25,856 nucleotides of DNA from a virus (Duplodnaviria > Caudoviricetes), in the IMG/VR virus record IMGVR_UViG_3300020379_000113, positions 1 to 25,856 of that record; one strand, 5' to 3'. A program made the position numbers and the translations under genes. Of the stretch, positions 1-7,051 are shown one piece after another. Numbering within the stretch: position 1 is the stretch's first letter; each line of letters opens with the position of its first letter. The notes under the pieces are model-generated. The model was not told the origin of the DNA. It searched no databases and was given only the letters and a program-made list of their open reading frames with translations.

Positions 1-272
1 GTTACATCAGCAAGAGTGTCTGCCTCTGCTGTTAGGTAACCAGAAAGATCAGGGGGAGTGTAACTAAAAACACCACTGCTATTATTATAAGAAAGAGCTG
101 CAGATCCAACAGAATTCTGAGTGACACTGAACAAAGTTCTATCAGTTGCACTAGCACCAGCTCCTGCTGCCTCCCACGACGATCCATTCCATGCGTAAAT
201 AATACCCGCTACGTTATAGGTGTATGAACCGTCTGTTGGTTGCCCTGTTGTTGAGGGAAAATTGATTGCCAT
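1..272 (-). CDS. Partial fibre/virion structural protein (runs off window)
   Basis: Read by hand: ATG at 272, MAINFPSTTGQPTDGSYTYNVAGIIYAWNGSSW...LSYNNSSGVFSYTPPDLSGYLTAEADTL. Shares the TPPDLS/EADTL repeat with 304..3396. SD GAAGGAG at 284-290. Confidence 0.8.
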   Translation of the reverse strand, partial: MAINFPSTTGQPTDGSYTYNVAGIIYAWNGSSWEAAGAGASATDRTLFSVTQNSVGSAALSYNNSSGVFSYTPPDLSGYLTAEADTLADV

Positions 273-295
273 TGGTTAAAGTGCTCCTTCCGTAT

Positions 296-303
296 TATTT
301 ATT
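296..303 (-). promoter_or_regulatory. T4-type late promoter (AATAAATA)
   Basis: NATAAATA motif directly after the stop of 304..3396 and upstream of the next SD/ATG. Confidence 0.7.
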
Positions 304-3300
304 TCAGTGTGCAATAATCTGAACCGCTAGGGACCCAGTATCAATAAGTGAACCCGCTACATTCTTCACTGAGAAATCTACATATCCAGTAGATCTAACA
401 GATGCTACAACCATTGCTTCAGCACCATCCATGTGGTGAGCAAAGACATAATAATCAGTAGCATTAGTGAATGGGTTTGTAAATGTCAGGCGATAATTTC
501 CACTAGATTGTTGTGCGACTGTTACACCTAACGTTCCAGTCCATGCAGGAGATGAACCTAATGTAAACGAACCAGCAGAACTGGTTGCTGGTGGTGTATA
601 CGTTGTTGTGCTACCACTTATAGGAAGTATTGAAGTTGGTGGTGTAAAAGCAGGTGTTCCATTTGTACCGATACTATCATACCTTGTATCAGTAGTAATT
701 CTGAGACCATCTATAAATCCATCAAAGCAATTTGTTGTTGTATTAACACCACCACCAATTATAAGATCATAATTATTATTAGAAATGTCATTTGCAAACT
801 TTCCTCCAGGTGATGTTGCACTATCCTCAGTACCATCTCTATAGAAATGCAAAGCTCCATTATTATCTTTAGTGATAGCAATGTGTACCCATTTCTGAGG
901 ATAAATGGCATTCCAACCTGCACCAGAAGTGGATTCTAAAGTATTAGTAGTTACTGAATTAGTAGCGATATCATGATGCTTAAATCTCCATCTTCTATTA
1001 GCATTACTATCTTTGTATGTGATCAATGACCACGATCCAGCATTAAAACTTCCATTAGATTTTGAGATAATTTCTTGCTCTCCACCATTAATAGAGGATG
1101 AAATATTAGCGTCATCAAAATAGATCCAGAATTCAATAGTAAATTCACCATCAAAAACGTATTCAGATCTGTGTGGATACTTAACTCCACTTCCAACAGA
1201 TTTCAAAGCTTTAGTGCCAACTTTAACTGGCGATTCTACAAGAGAAGAATTTACAATACTTACAGAAGAAAGAGTGTCAAGAGCACCAGTTGCACCAAAC
1301 CTATAATCATTTGCGTCATTATCAAAAGTAGTTCTAACAATTACATTGTCCCATGCAGTTTCTGCAGGAAGAGTAATAGCAGAAGTGCTTCCAAGAATAA
1401 ATTCTTGCCAAGAAGTTCCATCAAAGAAGTGTGGTTTACTATCAATTTGTCTAAGTTCACCTAAAGTTCCTGCTGGTGGACTAGATTCATTAACACGAAA
1501 CTTAAATCCATTAGCACTAATTACATCATTAATATTATCGTATGATAATGGTGGACTAGCATCAATCCACTGAGAACTATCAACATCTGTATAGTATACC
1601 TTTAGACGACCACTATCACTTTCCCACCATAGATCACCAGCAGCAGGAGTACCAGCAGGAATAGTATCACTGATAGTTACATTAGCACCACCTCCACCAC
1701 CAGTAGGAGCAGCCCAGGTGATATTACCTGCGCCATCACTGGTAAGAACATCACCACTTGTACCGTTGGTAGTTGGATAGGTCAGACCACCAGCTACAAG
1801 AGCATCAGCAGTAAGAGCACCAGTGATTGTTACACCAGCGGCAGTAGTTTGCAATCTCGTTCCAACATTACCAAATCCTAATCTTACATCTGCTGTATTA
1901 CTAGTTGATCCTAAATCATTTCCAACATTAACTTCAATGAGATTAGTATAATAATTGTCTGGCGTCTCTCCTTTCGTTCCGATAATAAGATTGTGCTCAT
2001 CAACAATAATTCTATTTGATGTGCCAAAAGTTCCATCTTGCATATGGAAGATAGTCATATCACCACCAAACTTCAGTGTATTGGTGTTTCCAAAAGAATT
2101 AACAAGTTGAGTAAGAGTTCCTAATTGAATTCCACCAAGAGAAACACTGTTTGTAGTAGAAGAACCTCTACCAGTTACACTATTAAGAGTGTCTGCTTCA
2201 GAAGTGAGATATCCAGCAACTCCATGATCACCCCATCCATATGCTGCATCCCAGTTAGCAACATTAGTGTCAGCAGCATAACCAGCAGTAGCATGGTTAC
2301 CCCAACCATATGCTGCATCCCAGTTTGAAATATTGGATGAAAGAATACCACCTGCAGGAGATGCACTGAATACTGGATCAGTTTCTGTTGTTAGATAACC
2401 AGAAAGATCTGGTGGTGTGTAAGTAAATACACCAGTTGTATTACTATAAGATAAAGCAGTAGATCCTGCTGTAGCTGTTTGAACAGAAAGATCTTGTAGT
2501 GTAATACCAGCATTGCTAGTTCCTACTAGATCGGGGAATGCTTTCCAAGAACTAGATGATGCTTCCCACTTAAGAACATATCCATCAACAGGAGCAATGG
2601 CAAGATCAACATCACCCAATTCATCAATAGAAGATGATGTATCTAATAGTTGCATCCAACCACCAGCATGTCCAAAATATCCATGTCCCTCAGCATGAAC
2701 ATGAGCGAACATACCATGATAAGTAGAAGCACTAACCGCATTGAGTGCTGTTAGATCAGCAAAGTTATTGGAGTAATATAGTTTACCAGTAGTAGTAATA
2801 TCTTGTGTAGTTGTTGCTCCTCTTGTAAGAACACTATCAAGAGTATCTGCTTCACTATAACTTGTTAAGTATCCAGCACCACTATGATCACCCCATCCAT
2901 ATGCTGCATCCCAATTAGAAATCTTTGCTGTAGTAACACCAGCAGCATCACCAAGTGATGTTAAGTATCCTGCTGATGCATGATTACCCCAACCATATGC
3001 AGTGTCATAGTCAGAAAGATCTGGAGGAGTAAATGTAAACTCACCGTTACCTGAATTATATGATAGTGTAGAACTACCAACAACACCTACAGTTACACTA
3101 GGTAGAGGAGGTACTGCTGGTTTATTAAGAATAACTGCAACACCACTACTAGCATTCCAATCAGAATTTACTTGTGCTACAGGAATAGTAGGTCTATTGG
3201 TTAAATTATTATAATCACCATTGAAGGTATCAACCCATGCAATAGAAGTACCTGTAGTGCTCAATACTTGACCAGAAGTACCAGAAATACCTGCAGCTTG

Positions 3301-3396
3301 AATAGGTTTACCAGCAGGGATGTTGAGACCTTCTTTAATCTCAATAGGAGCATCATCCCCATAATTAGCGATCTGGTTCGCAAGAATTTTTGACAT
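304..3396 (-). CDS. Tail-fibre-like virion protein with WDAAYGWGxH repeats and a LamG/concanavalin-like domain (1030 aa)
   Basis: G/S/T-rich. Four (W/Y)DxAYGWG(D/N)H..AGY repeats. GDLWWESDSGRLKVYY fibre motif. LamG-like FTIEFWIYF...WVHIAITKD...LIIGG...FDGFIDGLRIT. Late promoter upstream. Confidence 0.8.
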   Translation of the reverse strand: MSKILANQIANYGDDAPIEIKEGLNIPAGKPIQAAGISGTSGQVLSTTGTSIAWVDTFNGDYNNLTNRPTIPVAQVNSDWNASSGVAVILNKPAVPPLPSVTVGVVGSSTLSYNSGNGEFTFTPPDLSDYDTAYGWGNHASAGYLTSLGDAAGVTTAKISNWDAAYGWGDHSGAGYLTSYSEADTLDSVLTRGATTTQDITTTGKLYYSNNFADLTALNAVSASTYHGMFAHVHAEGHGYFGHAGGWMQLLDTSSSIDELGDVDLAIAPVDGYVLKWEASSSSWKAFPDLVGTSNAGITLQDLSVQTATAGSTALSYSNTTGVFTYTPPDLSGYLTTETDPVFSASPAGGILSSNISNWDAAYGWGNHATAGYAADTNVANWDAAYGWGDHGVAGYLTSEADTLNSVTGRGSSTTNSVSLGGIQLGTLTQLVNSFGNTNTLKFGGDMTIFHMQDGTFGTSNRIIVDEHNLIIGTKGETPDNYYTNLIEVNVGNDLGSTSNTADVRLGFGNVGTRLQTTAAGVTITGALTADALVAGGLTYPTTNGTSGDVLTSDGAGNITWAAPTGGGGGANVTISDTIPAGTPAAGDLWWESDSGRLKVYYTDVDSSQWIDASPPLSYDNINDVISANGFKFRVNESSPPAGTLGELRQIDSKPHFFDGTSWQEFILGSTSAITLPAETAWDNVIVRTTFDNDANDYRFGATGALDTLSSVSIVNSSLVESPVKVGTKALKSVGSGVKYPHRSEYVFDGEFTIEFWIYFDDANISSSINGGEQEIISKSNGSFNAGSWSLITYKDSNANRRWRFKHHDIATNSVTTNTLESTSGAGWNAIYPQKWVHIAITKDNNGALHFYRDGTEDSATSPGGKFANDISNNNYDLIIGGGVNTTTNCFDGFIDGLRITTDTRYDSIGTNGTPAFTPPTSILPISGSTTTYTPPATSSAGSFTLGSSPAWTGTLGVTVAQQSSGNYRLTFTNPFTNATDYYVFAHHMDGAEAMVVASVRSTGYVDFSVKNVAGSLIDTGSLAVQIIAH
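2224..2913. repeat. 30-nt identical direct repeat (2224-2253 and 2884-2913), with degenerate copies near 2293 and 2980
   Basis: atgatcaccccatccatatgctgcatccca occurs twice, 660 bp apart, and encodes WDAAYGWGDH on the minus strand. Confidence 0.9.
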
Positions 3397-3435
3397 ACTT
3401 CCAGTCCTGAAGACAGTTTTATACTAAGATAGAAG

Positions 3436-3443
3436 TATTTATT
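3436..3443 (-). promoter_or_regulatory. T4-type late promoter (AATAAATA)
   Basis: Lies between the tRNA-Gly 3' end and the fibre gene ATG at 3396. Confidence 0.7.
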
Positions 3444-3445
3444 AA

Positions 3446-3517
3446 AGCGGATGATCGGACTTGAACCGACGACATCTAACTTGGAAGGATAGCGTTCTAC
3501 CGCTGAACTACATCCGC
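3446..3517 (-). tRNA. tRNA-Gly (UCC), CCA not encoded
   Basis: GCGGATG/CATCCGC acceptor stem, anticodon loop CTTCCAA, T-arm GTCGG-TTCAAGT-CCGAT. One T-T mismatch in the anticodon stem. Confidence 0.95.
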
Positions 3518-3541
3518 AAAAAAAGGGGAGGTCAATCCCCT
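3518..3541 (-). terminator. Rho-independent terminator-like hairpin
   Basis: AGGGGA-TTGACC-TCCCCT followed by a T run that ends at the first base of tRNA-Gly. Confidence 0.7.
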
Positions 3542-3698
3542 AAGGCACATGCACGCCACTTGTTTGTTTCAGTTGTAAACAAGAACCAACCACACGGAAG
3601 GGGTTTGGCACCACCACTTGCTTTTTAACTGGAAGCAAGAAACCAGGCGGCAATATCTTCACCCGCACCAGGGCTCTTTTATAGTCGTACCGAGACTA
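3542..3698 (-). ncRNA. Structured RNA, probably manA-motif-like, with two tandem pseudoknot modules
   Basis: 5' hairpin TAGTC-TCGGTAC-GACTA and two covarying modules at 3614-3646 and 3556-3590. A tRNA-adjacent position in a cyanophage fits what is described for the manA motif. The family name is from recall and not verified by search. Confidence 0.65.
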
Positions 3699-3980
3699 AT
3701 TGAAGGTGATAGTGTCATCACTATTAGTATTGATACTAATGTTACCACCAAAATCGATAACGTTATCAAAACTATCTAAATCATGACCAGGACGAGATAG
3801 ATAATCAGATGAAAGATTAAATGAGTAGTTAGTAGAGTTAACTTTTCGATTTAGATTACTGATTTGTTGATATTGAGTGAAGAGATCGGTAAGAAACTCT
3901 TCATCGCCCTCTGCAAGAGCGTTAATCAGTGCTTGACGGAGTGCTTCTTCAGCAACTTGGACTTGTGATTTTACGCTCAT
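3696..3980 (-). CDS. Hypothetical protein (94 aa)
   Basis: ATG with SD GAGG, packed in the operon. Confidence 0.75.
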   Translation of the reverse strand: MSVKSQVQVAEEALRQALINALAEGDEEFLTDLFTQYQQISNLNRKVNSTNYSFNLSSDYLSRPGHDLDSFDNVIDFGGNISINTNSDDTITFN

Positions 3981-3989
3981 AATAGCCTC

Positions 3990-4235
3990 TTAGTTTGTTA
4001 CAGTATCGCGGACATAGCAGGGCACACCCTCTGGATCTAACCATTTGGTATACTCTACATCTTCTAGACAGGTGTCTAGTTGCATTTGGTTATCAAGCAG
4101 GTACATGTCAAAGTACCGCTTTTTCCACTCATGGTATTTTTGAATACGATAGTCAGGTCTACCATTGATCTCCAGAAGACCGCACTGGACGTAGCGGTAC
4201 GGATAGCGTTCAAGAATGACTGTCTGTTTGATCAT
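3990..4235 (-). CDS. Hypothetical protein (81 aa)
   Basis: ATGA overlap with the upstream gene; typical small phage ORF. Confidence 0.8.
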   Translation of the reverse strand: MIKQTVILERYPYRYVQCGLLEINGRPDYRIQKYHEWKKRYFDMYLLDNQMQLDTCLEDVEYTKWLDPEGVPCYVRDTVTN

Positions 4236-4438
4236 GAAGCATCATTGTGTTCGTTATAACTATTATACCACTCATCATCAGACATTTGCCCTGTTGCTTG
4301 GTCCAGTTCTTCAGCTGGCATAGCAATGACTGCTGTGCCATCAGATTTACGAACTATGAATTGTTCTTTTTTGGATTCAATACGATCCATATACGAATCA
4401 AAGTTTTTTTCAAACTCTTCTAGTGTTACTTCAATCAT
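4232..4438 (-). CDS. Phd/YefM-type antitoxin-like protein (68 aa; start revised to 4438)
   Basis: MIEVTLEEFEKNFDSYMDRIE..EQFIVRK..GTAVIAMP fits the Phd/YefM N-terminal strand-helix-helix-strand-strand pattern. Acidic tail. ATGA overlap with the glutaredoxin stop. Confidence 0.6.
   Translation of the reverse strand: MIEVTLEEFEKNFDSYMDRIESKKEQFIVRKSDGTAVIAMPAEELDQATGQMSDDEWYNSYNEHNDAS
4262..4270 (-). promoter_or_regulatory. Candidate extended -10 promoter (TGGTATAAT)
   Basis: TGnTATAAT about 27 nt upstream of the ATG at 4235; no clear -35. Confidence 0.4.
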
Positions 4439-4677
4439 AGTTGACAGCAGATTTTCTCCTTTTGCATGTGTTTGATGGATTCTTGACAACCACCCAGATG
4501 AATATCATCTAGGGTTAGTTGTGGAAAGGTAGATCCATTACCAAATTTAGCATAAAATTCTTCTTTTGTAAAGTCACGATTTAATTCATATGATACGTGC
4601 TTTAAATCTTCTAACTCCATAACTCTTTTAATCTTTACACAGTAAGGACATCCAGGTTTTGAATAGATTGTAATCAT
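4435..4677 (-). CDS. nrdC: Glutaredoxin
   Basis: IYSKPGCPYC active site, TFPQ and LGG motifs. Confidence 0.93.
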   Translation of the reverse strand: MITIYSKPGCPYCVKIKRVMELEDLKHVSYELNRDFTKEEFYAKFGNGSTFPQLTLDDIHLGGCQESIKHMQKEKICCQL

Positions 4678-5318
4678 TTTAGTTCTTTAAAATCTTGATC
4701 GAAGATAGCGAGTCCAGCATCAGTTAACACATGATTATACATCTTGTCAAATACAGCAGGTGGCAACGTAACTACATTAGCACCATACATTAAACAGCGA
4801 GAGACGTGGTGAACATCCCTCAAACTAGCAGCAAGAATTTTTGTCTCGACTCTGTGGACATTATATAGCTGTGCAATAGCACGAACAAGTTCAACTCCAC
4901 TAAAAGAATTATCATTCATGCGTCCTACAAATGGAGAAATGTATGTGGCACCTGCTTTTGCTGCCATTACTGCTTGTGCAGCAGAGAAACATAGAGTTAC
5001 ATTTGTTGTAACACCTTGAGCAGTAAGTTCTTTACATGCTTTCAAACCCTCTTCATTAAGAGGCAGTTTGATAGTAACGTTGTCAGCGATATCCCTATAC
5101 TTAATAGCATTGGTAAGCATCTCGAAGCAAGATTCTCCATCAACTTCAGCAGAAATGCTTTCAAAATCGTAGTCGGTTGCTAGAGTTTTAATAAATTCTA
5201 CATAATCACACCCTGCTTTTCTCACTAGGGTTGGATTTGTAGTAATGCCATCGACTAGACCAGTCCTATAGCGTTTAGCAATTGCTTCGTAGTTAGCAGT
5301 GTCTAGAAAAATTTTCAT
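4674..5318 (-). CDS. talC: Transaldolase, TalC/Fsa type (auxiliary metabolic gene)
   Basis: MKIFLDTA, GITTNPTL, VTIKLP (Schiff-base Lys), NVTLCFS, YISPFVGR, ILAASLR. Confidence 0.96.
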   Translation of the reverse strand: MKIFLDTANYEAIAKRYRTGLVDGITTNPTLVRKAGCDYVEFIKTLATDYDFESISAEVDGESCFEMLTNAIKYRDIADNVTIKLPLNEEGLKACKELTAQGVTTNVTLCFSAAQAVMAAKAGATYISPFVGRMNDNSFSGVELVRAIAQLYNVHRVETKILAASLRDVHHVSRCLMYGANVVTLPPAVFDKMYNHVLTDAGLAIFDQDFKELK

Positions 5319-5530
5319 TTTTGTTTTTGTAGTGGGCGTTGCACAACGCTAACGCATTGTTCTTGAAGATTATACTTCAGTTTATAGTTGTTTGTCAATA
5401 CGTAATATCCATCTATGTCTGAACCATTATCTGTCCATCCATATGCTATTACATGTTCACATGCACCATTGATAGTAAAACATTTTTTACTATGAAGGTA
5501 ACTCTCGTAACGTCTGTCTAGATCAATCAT
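5315..5530 (-). CDS. Hypothetical protein (71 aa)
   Basis: ATGA overlaps with both neighbours. Confidence 0.75.
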   Translation of the reverse strand: MIDLDRRYESYLHSKKCFTINGACEHVIAYGWTDNGSDIDGYYVLTNNYKLKYNLQEQCVSVVQRPLQKQK

Positions 5531-5775
5531 CTTTCCTCATATTTTAATCGACGGACTTTACGTTTACGTCTTTCTTCTTGATATCTTAAATCTTCAGATG
5601 TAAGAATTCCTTTGTATTTGATGTTCTTATCATGTCTGAGCAATACTACTTCATTCAAGTCGATTGCACCAATAAGATCATCAAGAACTCTCATCTGATT
5701 ATGACATCCACAGAACTGAACTTTTCTGGTGCTCGTTAGTTCTGTACCACACACCTTACACTTTGCCGTTAACAT
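5527..5775 (-). CDS. Hypothetical protein with a putative Zn ribbon (82 aa)
   Basis: CKVC...CGC and a basic C-terminus; coupled to the next gene. Confidence 0.75.
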   Translation of the reverse strand: MLTAKCKVCGTELTSTRKVQFCGCHNQMRVLDDLIGAIDLNEVVLLRHDKNIKYKGILTSEDLRYQEERRKRKVRRLKYEER

Positions 5776-5803
5776 TATTGAGCATTTAACCTCATGAGAG
5801 TGA

Positions 5804-5875
5804 TGCTCGAAGAGGGGATCGAACCCCCGACAATCTCCGTGTAAAGGAGGTGCTCTACCTCTGAGCTATTCGAGC
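5804..5875 (-). tRNA. tRNA-Val (UAC), CCA not encoded
   Basis: GCTCGAA/TTCGAGC acceptor stem, loop TTTACAC, T-arm GGGGG-TTCGATC-CCCTC. Confidence 0.95.
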
Positions 5876-5888
5876 GATACAATGGACT

Positions 5889-6016
5889 TATTAATATGCT
5901 TGCTATGGGGCATTTTTTCAACCCTAACATACCAACAGTTTCCAAGGGAGCAAAGAGAGTAACCATCTCTCAAGATCACAGTGTGGTTAGCACCGTCGCA
6001 GGCGAGCTCATTCCCT
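5889..6016 (-). ncRNA. Candidate structured RNA between tRNA-Leu and tRNA-Val (kissing-loop junction plus long hairpin)
   Basis: Hairpins ACGGTG-CTAACCA-CACTGT and GAGAG-ATGGTTA-CTCTC have complementary loops and are closed by AGGGA/TCCCT. A 12-bp G-U-rich stem follows. Confidence 0.6.
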
Positions 6017-6023
6017 GTCATAG

Positions 6024-6105
6024 TGTCGGTAAGAGGACTTGAACCTCCACGTCATAAGACACCAGAACCTAAACCTGGCGCGTCTACCAATTCCGCCATA
6101 CCGAC
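6024..6105 (-). tRNA. tRNA-Leu (UAG), CCA not encoded
   Basis: GTCGGTA/TACCGAC acceptor stem, loop TTTAGGT, long variable arm GTCTTATGAC. Confidence 0.95.
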
Positions 6106-6181
6106 TGGCGACTCAGGTTGGGGTCGAACCAACGACCGACTGCTTAGAAGGCAGTTGCTCTATCCACTGAGCTACTGAGTC
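6106..6181 (-). tRNA. tRNA-Arg (UCU), CCA encoded
   Basis: GACTCAG/CTGAGTC acceptor stem, ACTGC-CTTCTAA-GCAGT anticodon arm, ends GCCA. Confidence 0.96.
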
Positions 6182-6189
6182 ATATCTTG

Positions 6190-6579
6190 TTAACTTTGCC
6201 AATGGTAATGATAAAAGTTTCCTTTACTATCACACATTGGATCTTCCGCAACCACACGATAAGGCAACATACGTTGTCCTTTAAAACTGGTTCTGTCTCC
6301 AATAATTGAATACGCTTCCAGAAGATTTTCTGTGTTTTTTAACCTAGCAACAACGCTTGACTTTGCTGCTGGACGACGGTATAAGAAACCTTCGTATTGA
6401 CCAGGAGCATAAACTACATCGGCAACATTGTTAGGGAACACAGGGGAGTTAACCCTGTTGAGAATAGAAACTGCAACGCAGTATTCATCTTTGGTCCCAG
6501 TTGCTGCCTCAACCTGCACTGCTCGTGCAAGGTGATCGTAGTCAGCAGGCGTCAACGCCAGAATCGTTTCCAAAATCAA
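6190..6579 (-). CDS. Cell-wall hydrolase, SleB/Hydrolase_2-like (probable TTG start at 6579; frame open to 6654)
   Basis: LARAVQVEA (catalytic Glu position), VAVSILNRV...FPNNVADVVYAPGQYE, terminal GNFYHY. Confidence 0.85.
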   Translation of the reverse strand: MILETILALTPADYDHLARAVQVEAATGTKDEYCVAVSILNRVNSPVFPNNVADVVYAPGQYEGFLYRRPAAKSSVVARLKNTENLLEAYSIIGDRTSFKGQRMLPYRVVAEDPMCDSKGNFYHYHWQS

Positions 6580-7021
6580 AATAATCTTTCCTGTAGTAAC
6601 GTCCGAGGATGTTAGAATTATAGTACGCTGGCGTACCGTTGTCAAGTGCTTTGGTCAAAACATCATGGAGGAAGAGTTGGCGGGTCTCCTCGTAGTTGAC
6701 CCTTCCAGGTGTCCCGTGTAAGGAGAGGATTTCTCTAGTAAAAGATTCCCGTCCATATTTTTTAACATCTGCTTTAAGCTCGTCAGAACTTCCGTAGTAG
6801 TTCTTCCAGTTACTTTCAGATGTAACTCTTCTCCGCCTGGTAGAACCAGCAGTAGGTCTAGGCTTTCGTTTTTGCCAGAAATATTTTCTACCGATGTAGG
6901 AACGGTTGGTGGTGCTACAGGTAATTTTATAAACAAAACCGTAGTGATCCCCAACATCGCTCCCACTAAAAGTGGACTCCAAATATTTCCAGGGATTTGG
7001 ATATTCTTCAGTTTGTTCCAC
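6542..7021 (-). CDS. GIY-YIG family endonuclease (Seg-like)
   Basis: GFVYKIT...SYIGRK motif, YYGSS, F.REIL, conserved E and YYN.N. Confidence 0.85.
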   Translation of the reverse strand: MEQTEEYPNPWKYLESTFSGSDVGDHYGFVYKITCSTTNRSYIGRKYFWQKRKPRPTAGSTRRRRVTSESNWKNYYGSSDELKADVKKYGRESFTREILSLHGTPGRVNYEETRQLFLHDVLTKALDNGTPAYYNSNILGRYYRKDYFDFGNDSGVDAC

Positions 7022-7029
7022 ATGTTCAT
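6655..7029 (-). CDS. Candidate overprinted membrane-anchored protein (124 aa), alternative frame of the GIY-YIG gene
   Basis: SD GGAG 9 nt before the ATG at 7029. Basic N-terminus, hydrophobic IWSPLLVGAMLGITTVLFI segment, then a Pro-rich linker. Confidence 0.35.
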   Translation of the reverse strand: MNMWNKLKNIQIPGNIWSPLLVGAMLGITTVLFIKLPVAPPTVPTSVENISGKNESLDLLLVLPGGEELHLKVTGRTTTEVLTSLKQMLKNMDGNLLLEKSSPYTGHLEGSTTRRPANSSSMMF

Positions 7030-7044
7030 GATGTTATTCTCCAG

Positions 7045-7051
7045 TATTTAG
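7045..7051 (-). promoter_or_regulatory. Late promoter variant (CTAAATA)
   Basis: TAAATA core overlapping the pcyA stop, just upstream of SD GGAG. Confidence 0.55.

Noticed and set aside
2224-3006. Fibre repeats as a CRISPR array or a DGR template/variable pair
   Set aside because: They are in-frame coding repeats with irregular spacing, and no cas or reverse transcriptase gene is present in the window.
5775-5966. 63-aa minus-strand ORF
   Set aside because: Runs through tRNA-Val and the structured spacer; no protein-like features.
5981-6178. 65-aa plus-strand ORF
   Set aside because: Antisense to tRNA-Leu and tRNA-Arg.
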